A stretch of 64,000 nucleotides of DNA from an uncultured delta proteobacterium (GTDB lineage: Bacteria > Myxococcota > Kuafuiibacteriia > Kuafuiibacteriales > Kuafuiibacteriaceae): NCBI GenBank assembly GCA_963803435.1, contig CAWDML010000001.1:2720001-2784000 (forward strand). The letters run 5' to 3'. The notes below the pieces were generated by a model. That model searched no databases and was not told the origin of the DNA. It worked only from the letters and a program-made list of their open reading frames with translations. Shown here one piece after another: positions 9,447 to 17,651 of this stretch. The position numbers and the translations under genes are program-made. Within the stretch, counting starts at the first letter, position 1. The number at the start of each line of letters is the position of its first letter.

Positions 9447-10992
9447 CCGGCCGTATCGGACCCGCATCGAGCGCGGCATTCTCCACGTCACGCTCGACAC
9501 GCCCCGGGCGCGCGTCAACATCTTCGACCTGCCCGCGGCCGAGCAGCTCGCGGCCATTCTGCAGGAGCTGCCGCCGGGCCTTCGCGCGATCGTCTTCGAG
9601 AGCGGCAAGCCGGGGAGCTTCATCAACGGCGCGGCGTTGATGATGGCGTCCGCTGTCAAGTCGAAGGAAGCAGCGGCCGAGGTGTCGGCGCCGATCCTCC
9701 GCGCCTACGACCTGGTCGAGCGCGCTCCGGTGCCCACCATCGCGGCCATCGAGGGCAGCTGCTTCGGATGCGGCGTCGAGTTCACGCTGCGCTGCCGACA
9801 TCGCATCGCGACGGATCGGCCGGAGACGCAGCTGTACATGACCGAGCTCTGCGATTACCTGCTCTCGCCGGCGTTCGGCAGCGTCAGCCGGCTTCCGCCG
9901 CTGCTCGGACTGGATCGAGCCGCCGACTTCCTGCTCTGGGGAGAGCGCTGGTCGGCGCAGGACGCCTTGCGCGCGGGCCTCCTCGATCGCGTCGCGCGGA
10001 CCGGCAGGCTCGATGGCACGATCGAGGGCCTGCTGGCGCACCCACCTCAGTCGGCCGCGCGCAGGACGACCGGTGGCTCCGCCCGCCGGCACCTGGCGCG
10101 GATCGATCGCCTTCCGCCGGCGCTTCAACCTCTCTACCGGAGCTGCCTCCGCCTGATGATGGACGCGACGCCGGAGCGCGAGCTGGCCCTCTCGGCGAAG
10201 ACGGCGGCGGCCCCGATCGCCAAGCGGGCCCTGGGCTTCTTCTTCGTGCGACAGATCGCCTCCGAGCTGTGCCACTTCGGCGAGACGAGACCGCTCCCCG
10301 AACCACCGCGCACCATCGGAGCGCTCGCGCGCGCGCTCGGGGTCTCGGTCCGGCGAAGCATCACGGGGCGCCCGCCGAAGCAGCAGCTGTATCGGCCTGA
10401 TCGGAGACGCCGCCGCGCCCTGGTCGAGGTCCAACGCTCCGGTGTGTCCGCCACCCTCGTCCATCACCTGGAGCGCATCGGTCAGGTCCCCATCGTCTCC
10501 TCACCGGTGCGAAGGTTCGCGATCGACGCGCTGCTGATCGCCCATCTCCGCCCGCTGCTCGAGGCCAGCGCGCGGGGCGCCAACGTGGAGGAGACGCTCA
10601 GGCGGTTCGGCTTCGTCGAGGGCCCCGGCGTCCTGCTCGCGCGCTTCGACGTGGAGCGTCTCTTCCCTGCGGGCGACGCGCGCTGGATCCGTCGCCTCCG
10701 TTCGGGCCGCCCCTCGCAGGGCCGCGTCGATCCGCGCCTGATCGACGCGCTCTGCCTCTCCTGGCTCGCCTCCGTCCGCGACCTGCTCACGACCGGCGTG
10801 ATCGCGCATCCGACCATCGTCGATCTGGCCGCGCGCGAGCTCCTCGACTTTCCACTCGAGCACCGTAGCCTCTGCTCGTTTCTCACCCGCGCCCGCGTGA
10901 GCACCGCGCTCTCCCGGATCAAACGAGGGGACGAGGCCGAGCGCGCCGCCGCCGAGGCGTACGTCTCGGGGATACGCGACTTCTACTCTTAG
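9436..10992 (+). CDS. Crotonase (enoyl-CoA hydratase) domain fused to a degenerate FadB/FadJ-like C-terminal region
   Basis: TLDTP..VNIF, SGKPGSFING, PTIAAIEGSCFGCGVE and TEL motifs, so both catalytic Glu positions look present. No GxGxxG NAD-binding motif is visible downstream. Confidence 0.75.
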   Translation: MKTDRPYRTRIERGILHVTLDTPRARVNIFDLPAAEQLAAILQELPPGLRAIVFESGKPGSFINGAALMMASAVKSKEAAAEVSAPILRAYDLVERAPVPTIAAIEGSCFGCGVEFTLRCRHRIATDRPETQLYMTELCDYLLSPAFGSVSRLPPLLGLDRAADFLLWGERWSAQDALRAGLLDRVARTGRLDGTIEGLLAHPPQSAARRTTGGSARRHLARIDRLPPALQPLYRSCLRLMMDATPERELALSAKTAAAPIAKRALGFFFVRQIASELCHFGETRPLPEPPRTIGALARALGVSVRRSITGRPPKQQLYRPDRRRRRALVEVQRSGVSATLVHHLERIGQVPIVSSPVRRFAIDALLIAHLRPLLEASARGANVEETLRRFGFVEGPGVLLARFDVERLFPAGDARWIRRLRSGRPSQGRVDPRLIDALCLSWLASVRDLLTTGVIAHPTIVDLAARELLDFPLEHRSLCSFLTRARVSTALSRIKRGDEAERAAAEAYVSGIRDFYS

Positions 10993-11107
10993 AGCCGGTC
11001 CGAAGACCTCCGGACCGTTCCGCGTTTCCTGTTTCGCTCGTTCTGCTCATTCGCTATTCAAAGCGGCCGTTGTTGCATCGTGCTCGATCGAGTGTTCTGC
11101 AGAGTCG

Positions 11108-11901
11108 ATGCAGGCAAGATTCGCAAGTCTTCCGGACGCCCTGTGGAAACGAATCGAGCCGTTACTCGCGAAGCGAGGTCCAAGGCCGCGGGGAGGTCGC
11201 CCGCGGGTTGCGGATCGCGTCGTGATGGCAGGTATCGTCTATCGCCTTCGGACAGGGTGCCAGTGGAAAGCCCTGCCGCGGGAGTTCAGCTCCGGTTCGA
11301 CGTGCCACATTCGATTCCCGGCATGGTGCGCAGCAGGGATCTTCACCGCGATCTTCGCGGAGCTGCTGCGGTACTACGACAGGAGGCGCGGCATACAGTG
11401 GAAGTGGACTTCACTCGACAGCGCGATCGTCAAGGCTCCAAAGGGGGGGACCTGACCGGTCCGAACCCGACGGATCGAGCCAAGCAAGGCGTGAAGCGTC
11501 ACGTGCTCACGGATGGTCGTGGCGTTCCGTTGGCGGTCGAGATCTCAGGCGCGAACGTGCATGACAAGTGGCGGGTGTAGCAGACGCTCGACGGCGTCGT
11601 CCTACGGGGCTCCCGCGGTCCACGACGGCCGGAGCACCTCTGCCTGGATAAAGGCTACGACTACGCGGATGTCGAGGCCGCTATTCGTGCTCGCCGGATC
11701 AAACCGCATATCCGCCGCCGTGGCGAGCATGCACTCGCTGGCTGTGTCCACGGTAGGCCGCGGCGCTGGGTTGTCGAGCGCACGAACGCTTGGCACAACC
11801 AGTTCCGCGCATGACTCGTGCGGTGGGAACGAACGGGATCGCGGTATCTCGGGCTGGTTCATCTTGCGTGCGCGATCATCGCGTTCCAGCAGGCTCGATG
11901 A
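11108..11901 (+). pseudogene. IS5-family two-ORF transposase with internal stops
   Basis: orfA LWKRIEPLL...GGRPR...LRTGCQW..LP; slippery AAAGGGGGGG at 11440-11449; orfB GPNPTDRAK.GVKRH..TDGRG.PL, DKGYD, RWVVERT. Premature TAG at 11578-11580 and TGA near 11812. Confidence 0.9.
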
Positions 11902-12254
11902 CTTCGCTGATCGAGCCTTCGCCGTCTTGATGGAGCTCGTCAGAATCGCAGAGAGTTCGTTGGCCTCTCGGATCAGCGAAGCGATCTCCGCTCCCTGCAT
12001 CAGCTCCGGATCGGCAAGACGCAACCAGTACAGCGACTCGCGGATCTCCTTGCGAGCGACCGCCATCTTTGGATGAAGTCGGCAAGGCTCTCGCCGCCAC
12101 GCGCTTCCTCGTCATTCGCACCACCTCCGGATGAACACCGGATCAGCTGTCGGACAACGTGCTTGCCGGCAAAGTCGTTTGGGAACTCGCGGCAAAGCCG
12201 AAGTACACGCTTCGCAAACTTGAGCAGTCGTTCTGCGATGTCATCGCCCTTCAT
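11902..12254 (-). pseudogene. Four-helix-bundle protein (23S rRNA IVP-like), frameshifted near 12070 and running into the transposase 3' end
   Basis: MKGDDIAERLLKFA...QLIRCSSGGGANDEEARGGESLADFI then MAVARKEIRESLYWLRL...EANELSAIL, matching the QLxRS..GANYxEA..ES..DF.HK..KE..E..YWL subfamily pattern. Confidence 0.85.
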
Positions 12255-12375
12255 CGCCGGATCGAACAGCGAATGACAGAACGACGAAACAGCAAACTGC
12301 GAACGGAACGGTTTCTGGACCGGCTCTTAGCGAGGCGCTGCGGCTCCAATGCTCGAGATAGGTCGAGAGCGCCGT

Positions 12376-13620
12376 CTATGAATCGGACTCCACTCTGCGT
12401 CGGAGCCGTCGCACGCGCACCCGCGTCCCGCCCGAGGGCACGATCATGAGCGCGCTCCGCACCGGGCGCGGCGGCGCGCGGTCCAGCCCCTCGAGGTCGA
12501 AGCCGCAGACGATCCGACCGATCGCCGTCGAGAGCTCCGACAGCGCAAAGCCCATCCCGATGCACCTGCGCGCGCCTCCCCCGAACGGCAGATAGGCGTA
12601 CGGCGACGGGCGCGTCCCCAGGAAGCGGGAGGGATCGAAGCGCTCCGGATCGGGATACAGGTCGTCGCGGTGGTGCGTGAGATAGATGCACGGCATCACG
12701 TGCTGGCCGACCTCCAGGCGATGTCCGGCCACCTCGAACGGCGCCGCCACCCGACGAGAGACCACCGGGATGACCGGCCGCATGCGCAGTGTCTCCTTGG
12801 CGGCCGCCTCCCAATACGGAGCGCCGCGTTCGCGGACGCGCTCCACCTCTCCCGGTGTGTAGAGGATCGAGAACATCGCCCACGCCAGGCTGGAGGCCGT
12901 GGTCTCGTGGCCGGCCACGATCAGCGTGACCAGTTCGTCGCGCACGGCCACCTCGTCGAGCCGCCCCTCGTCGTCCTGGTGGGCGATCAGGAGATCGAGG
13001 ACCGCGTCGACCCCTCCCGGCTCGCGTGTTCGGATCTCCTCGAAGAGGAGCTCGTCGATCTGCGCGCAGATCGGATCGCCACCCTCGAACAGCTTCAGGC
13101 TCAAGCTCGGTCGCTGGAGCATCTCGGTGAACAGCGCCGCCAGCTCGACCAGCCGCCTCGATCCGCCCAGCACGAACTCGAGGATGACTTCGAGCGAGAT
13201 CTTGACGGCGGTCGGGTGGATCGCGAGCGTCGTGCCCTCCGACCATTCGAGGAGCGCGCGCTCGGTGATCGTCTCGATCGTGCTCCGGAAGCGGTCGATC
13301 CGCTCCTCGGCGAACGCGGGCATGAGGATCTTGCGGTGCCGGCGGTGCTCGTGACCGTCGAGCAGAAGCAGGGAGCGATCGCCCAGCAGGGGACGGAGCG
13401 GATCGTTCCCCGCGCCCGCCTCGAGGGTGCCCGGGGGCGCGGTGAAGACGGTCCGGATCGCCTCGGGATCGGTGACGCAGACGTGCGCGCCATAATCGAG
13501 GAGCCGCAGCGTGAACGGATCGCCGAAGCGATCGAGACACTCGCTCAGGAAGTCATAGGGGGCGGCAAACCAGCGGAAAGACTGCCTCTCGGGCGGATCT
13601 GTGGGCCCGGGCGGCAGCAT
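12376..13620 (-). CDS. Cytochrome P450
   Basis: I-helix AGHETT, ETLR, PERF and heme motif FGGGARRCIG. Confidence 0.95.
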   Translation of the reverse strand: MLPPGPTDPPERQSFRWFAAPYDFLSECLDRFGDPFTLRLLDYGAHVCVTDPEAIRTVFTAPPGTLEAGAGNDPLRPLLGDRSLLLLDGHEHRRHRKILMPAFAEERIDRFRSTIETITERALLEWSEGTTLAIHPTAVKISLEVILEFVLGGSRRLVELAALFTEMLQRPSLSLKLFEGGDPICAQIDELLFEEIRTREPGGVDAVLDLLIAHQDDEGRLDEVAVRDELVTLIVAGHETTASSLAWAMFSILYTPGEVERVRERGAPYWEAAAKETLRMRPVIPVVSRRVAAPFEVAGHRLEVGQHVMPCIYLTHHRDDLYPDPERFDPSRFLGTRPSPYAYLPFGGGARRCIGMGFALSELSTAIGRIVCGFDLEGLDRAPPRPVRSALMIVPSGGTRVRVRRLRRRVESDS

Positions 13621-13629
13621 TCTGGGAGC

Positions 13630-15654
13630 TTAGCTCGGATACTCGAGCCCGAGCGACGCCCACAGGGGCCGAAAGTCGATCGGCTCGTCGAGCTGCTCCG
13701 TCGCCTCCAGCATGCGCTCCTGCTCGAGGAGCATCATCTTCACGTCTTCCTTCCCCCGCTTGGTGCGCACCGCCTGGCGCGGTGTGCGATCCCCGAGCAG
13801 CGGGATCGGGATGTCGAGCCACGCGTTCAGCTCTTCCTCGAGGTAGACGCGCAACTCGGCTTGCATCTCGGGTGTCAGCTTCTCAGGGTCGTCGCCGAGC
13901 TCCGACATGCCCTCGGCCACCGCCACCTGCGCATCCTCGAACACATCCGTCTTGTGTACGGCGGCGTCGCCGACCGCCGCTGCGAGCCGGGCCTTGGCCT
14001 TCTCGAGCTGTCGCGGCGAGGTCGCGAACAACATCAAGCGACCGCCCTCGATCTCGACGGACGCGAGCAGCTTCTCGCCCTCGATCAGCACGTACGAGTC
14101 ACCGTCTCCCGACCAGCCCGCGGCGGTGAGGCGTCCGGCGGCGTCTCCGGTGACCTCGTAGCGAGCCTGCGAGAACACCATCTCCTCGCCGTCCTCGTTG
14201 AGGATCGTCGGAATCGGCGGGCGCTCGCGCATGGCCTCGTGGAGCGCCGCCACCACGGGCGCGATCAACGACAGTCGCTGCTTCAGCGGCTGCTCCTTGC
14301 TGAGACTCGTGTAGTAGTCCTTGACCAGCCCCCGGGCCGACTCGGCGAGCATCCGGGGGAAGTGGAGGTTCGCGCCCTCGAGCACGTAGCGCCCGCCGTG
14401 ATCCTCAATCCAGGCCGCGAGCAGATCGCCCAGCGCGATCTCCCGAGTGGCGAGCTTCTCGTCGACCCAGATCTTCTTCCGTCGGAGGAGGTCTTTCAGC
14501 TCGATCCCCTCATCGAGCTTCACGTGGACGACCTCGAAGAGCGAGAACCATCCGGCTTCGATCGCGCGGAGGTCGGCCAGGTCGTCCGGACCGAGCTCGG
14601 GGGGCGGAGCGGCCAGAAAGCTCTGCAGGAAGGTGGACCCGTCGGGCTGCGCGATGCCGTACATCGCGTACGCCATCAGCATCGGATCGAGCAGGGTCTC
14701 CTCGTCCGGCTCGATCTCGTCGAGCTCGAAGCTCTCGCGGGCGGCCATGAAGTCGCTGAGCGCGTCCATGAGCAGATCGGTGCGGAGAACGCCGCGCAGG
14801 AGGTGATCGCGGCCGGTCTCGAGGGGGAGCTCGTCGATCAGCTCGAGGTCCTCGGGGAGGCCGGGAAACGAGTCGGGCCGATCGGGGATCCCGCGAAGAA
14901 ACAGCGTGTGCTCGTCGCCGTGGGAGTAGCTGTCGAGGATGAACTCGAACCAAAAGTTCGGCGTCTCCGAGCGCATGTGGCGGCGGTAAAGATCGCGGAG
15001 CGGCTCGCCCGCGGCGTCGCCCAGGTGACGGGTGAAGTAGTCCTGCCACTCGGTCTCGGCGTCCTCGCTCTCGAGCGCGTAGGGCGTGAAGCAAAGATCG
15101 GGCAGCGCGCGTGCGAGCCAGAGATCGCCGTCCCAGGGTGCAACCAGCCCGACCTCGAGCTGGTCGCCGGTCACCAGATCGACGAGACGGGCGGTCGATC
15201 CGGCGGAGCGCTCGCGCCGCAGCACACGCAGGTGCGTGCCGGCGAGGACACGCATGCGCTCGAGCTCCTCGCGCGGTGCACCGAACCGTTCGCAGACGTC
15301 GGCGGCGATGGTCGCCACCGATTCGCCGTCACCGATCGGAAGATCGATCAGCCACCAGCCGACGAAGAACGAGTCGCTGATCGGACTGTCGGGTGGACCG
15401 TGGGGGGAGTACTCCTCGTCGACCGCGAGGACGTCCTCCGCAAAGTCGGCGAGGGTCCGAGTGCCGGCGAGCGCCGACCCGACGCGGACCAGATACTGGT
15501 AGGACTTCATCCAGACGAAGGTCGCGGGCGGAACGTCCGCCGGGACCTCGACGGGACCTGCACCGCGGATCGCGTCGAGCACCGGCGCCGGACCACCCTT
15601 TCGCTCCATCGCCTCGATCTCTGCGATCACCTTCTTCGCGACCCGACCCACCAC
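13630..15654 (-). CDS. Hypothetical protein with a C-terminal MbcA/ParS/Xre (DUF2384)-like domain
   Basis: C-terminal WLDIPIPLLGDRTPRQAV motif; coding-like GC3 bias. Confidence 0.6.
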   Translation of the reverse strand: MVGRVAKKVIAEIEAMERKGGPAPVLDAIRGAGPVEVPADVPPATFVWMKSYQYLVRVGSALAGTRTLADFAEDVLAVDEEYSPHGPPDSPISDSFFVGWWLIDLPIGDGESVATIAADVCERFGAPREELERMRVLAGTHLRVLRRERSAGSTARLVDLVTGDQLEVGLVAPWDGDLWLARALPDLCFTPYALESEDAETEWQDYFTRHLGDAAGEPLRDLYRRHMRSETPNFWFEFILDSYSHGDEHTLFLRGIPDRPDSFPGLPEDLELIDELPLETGRDHLLRGVLRTDLLMDALSDFMAARESFELDEIEPDEETLLDPMLMAYAMYGIAQPDGSTFLQSFLAAPPPELGPDDLADLRAIEAGWFSLFEVVHVKLDEGIELKDLLRRKKIWVDEKLATREIALGDLLAAWIEDHGGRYVLEGANLHFPRMLAESARGLVKDYYTSLSKEQPLKQRLSLIAPVVAALHEAMRERPPIPTILNEDGEEMVFSQARYEVTGDAAGRLTAAGWSGDGDSYVLIEGEKLLASVEIEGGRLMLFATSPRQLEKAKARLAAAVGDAAVHKTDVFEDAQVAVAEGMSELGDDPEKLTPEMQAELRVYLEEELNAWLDIPIPLLGDRTPRQAVRTKRGKEDVKMMLLEQERMLEATEQLDEPIDFRPLWASLGLEYPS

Positions 15655-15702
15655 CTCGCCGGTCTGCCGCAGTGCCTCGGGTTTGTCACGTCCCGGTCGC
15701 GC

Positions 15703-16032
15703 TCAGTACCTGAGCGCCGTGATCACCGGATAACGCATGGAGAAGGGACCATCGAGAGAGAAGGGCTGGATGCCCAGCCCGAGCTCGCGCTCGAGGCTCG
15801 GGGGCGCCGCATCCCTTCCATCGAAGGAGACCGAGAGGTCGGGCCCCAGCCGGAAGTGGAGCGGGCTGTAGATCCGGCCGAAGGTCGGTTCACCAGGCCG
15901 GGGAACCAACCAGGACGGGGGAGGAGCGGGAGTCACGTCGAACTGCGGCGGCGCCCCGAGCGCGATCGCAGGGAAGAGCAGCAGCCCCGCGGTGGCGAGC
16001 GCACTGATCGTGCGATGAAGGGTGCGTTGCAT
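15703..16032 (-). CDS. Small secreted hypothetical protein
   Basis: GGAGGAGG RBS upstream of ATG 16032; signal-peptide-like N-terminus. Confidence 0.55.
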   Translation of the reverse strand: MQRTLHRTISALATAGLLLFPAIALGAPPQFDVTPAPPPSWLVPRPGEPTFGRIYSPLHFRLGPDLSVSFDGRDAAPPSLERELGLGIQPFSLDGPFSMRYPVITALRY

Positions 16033-16135
16033 GAGCGACCTCCTCCGGAGGCCACAGCAGGTGGGCGCAAGGACTTCGGCCACGCGTCACTGAACCGCGG
16101 CCACCGCGCCCGATGTAGCGACGCGTCCGCGGCGG

Positions 16136-17611
16136 TCAAGCCTTCCCGATGGCGGTCGCCCACTTCGCCAGCAAACGTTTCGCGGCGGCGTCGTTCCCGG
16201 GGCTGAACCGCCTGTCTTCTCGCCACACGTCGCGGATGGCCTGCTTGCTCGTGAACAATCCTGCGCCCAGACCCGCGAGGAAGGCTGCCCCGGCGGCCGT
16301 CGTCTCGATCATCATCGGGCGCACGACGGTGCTCCTGGCCAGGTCCGCCTGGATCTGCATCAGCAGATCGTTCGCGCTGGCGCCGCCGTCCACCTTGATC
16401 TCGCCGAGCTTGCCGGTGTCGCTCTTCATCGCGCTGATGACCTCGTGGCATTGAAGCGCGACGCCTTCGAGCGTGGCGCGGGCGAGATGCGCGCGCGAGG
16501 TGTCGCGCGTGATGCCGCTGATGAGACCCCGGGCCTCCGCGCGCCAGTGCGGTGCGCCCAGCCCGGTGAGCGCCGGGACGAACACGACGTCGCCCGAATC
16601 CTCGACCGCCGCGGCCAAGCCCTCGACCTCGGACGCCTGCGCGATGATCTTGAGGCCGTCGCGCAGCCATTGAACGGCCGCACCGGCGCAGAAGACCGAG
16701 CCCTCCAGCGCGTACTCGAGCGGCGCGTCCGGGCCGAGCTTCCACGCGACCGTGCTGAGCAAGCCGGCTTGCGAACGCGCGATCTGGGTCCCCGTGTTCA
16801 CCAGGATAAACGCGCCCGTGCCGTACGTGCACTTGACGTCCCCGACGTCGAAGCACGCCTGACCGAACAGCGCGGCCTGTTGATCGCCCGCAATCCCCGC
16901 GATCGGGATGCCGTCGGGGAGGCCCGCGACGCCCTTCGTCAGGCCGTACACCTCGGCGCTCGAGCGGACCTCGGGCAGGAGCTTCTGCGGGACGCCGAAC
17001 AGCTCCAGCAACGAGGGGTCGAAGCGGCCGGTCTCCAGGTTGAACAGCATCGTCCGCGATGCGTTGGTCACGTCGGTCACGTGGACGGCGCCGCCGGTCA
17101 GCCGCCAGATCAGGAAGGTGTCGATCGTGCCCATCGCGAGCTCGCCCGCTTCGGCCCGCTTGCGGGCGCCGCCGACGTTCTCGAGCAGCCACTCGACCTT
17201 CGTGCCGGAGAAGTACGGATCGAGGACCAGGCCGGTCTTGCTCCGGATCTCGGCCTCCTTGCCGGCCGCCTTCAGGGCGCGGCAGCGGTCCGCCGTCCGG
17301 CGGCACTGCCAGACGATCGCGGGGTGGATCGGACGTCCCGTGCCGCGCTCCCAGAGCCCCACGGTCTCGCGCTGGTTCGTGATGCCGATGGCCGCGACCC
17401 GCTTGGCCTCCACGCGACCGAGGACCGCCGCCAGCGTCGCCCCGGTGGAGGCCCAGATGTCCTCCAGGTCGTGCTCGACCCACCCGGGACGGGGAAAGAT
17501 CTGCCTGAACTCCCTGTTTTCCCGGGCGATTACGTTGAGCTCACCGTCGACCGCTACCACGGTCGTGCCGGTGGTCCCCTGGTCGATCGCCAGCACCAGA
17601 TCGCGTGTCAT
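16136..17611 (-). CDS. glpK: Glycerol kinase
   Basis: AIDQGTTGT, GITNQRET, DPYFSGTK, TDVTNASRT, GDQQAALFG, KCTYGTG and DGGA motifs. Confidence 0.97.
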   Translation of the reverse strand: MTRDLVLAIDQGTTGTTVVAVDGELNVIARENREFRQIFPRPGWVEHDLEDIWASTGATLAAVLGRVEAKRVAAIGITNQRETVGLWERGTGRPIHPAIVWQCRRTADRCRALKAAGKEAEIRSKTGLVLDPYFSGTKVEWLLENVGGARKRAEAGELAMGTIDTFLIWRLTGGAVHVTDVTNASRTMLFNLETGRFDPSLLELFGVPQKLLPEVRSSAEVYGLTKGVAGLPDGIPIAGIAGDQQAALFGQACFDVGDVKCTYGTGAFILVNTGTQIARSQAGLLSTVAWKLGPDAPLEYALEGSVFCAGAAVQWLRDGLKIIAQASEVEGLAAAVEDSGDVVFVPALTGLGAPHWRAEARGLISGITRDTSRAHLARATLEGVALQCHEVISAMKSDTGKLGEIKVDGGASANDLLMQIQADLARSTVVRPMMIETTAAGAAFLAGLGAGLFTSKQAIRDVWREDRRFSPGNDAAAKRLLAKWATAIGKA

Positions 17612-17651
17612 GTGCGGAAGCTAGCACGCTCTGCTACGCTGTCCATCACCG

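Larger units (their letters stand above)
10992..12326. mobile_element. IS5-family (IS1031-like) element carrying a four-helix-bundle gene
   Basis: TIR GAGCCGGTCC (10992-11001) and GGACCGGCTC (12317-12326). 3-bp TTA duplication at 10989-10991 and 12327-12329. Inverted similarity extends ~65 bp inward. Confidence 0.85.

Noticed and set aside
2695-12254. Diversity-generating retroelement suggested by the Avd-like four-helix-bundle genes
   Set aside because: No reverse transcriptase and no TR/VR pair differing at adenines was found in the window.
2624-12326. Classical composite transposon carrying the cassette
   Set aside because: The flanking elements have different TIRs, target duplications and transposase families, so one transposase would not be expected to use both outer ends.
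12670-16206. 1178-aa plus-strand ORF, and similar long ORFs such as 54244-57984 and 28377-30935
   Set aside because: These are antisense shadows of real genes caused by high GC3; they have no recognisable motifs.
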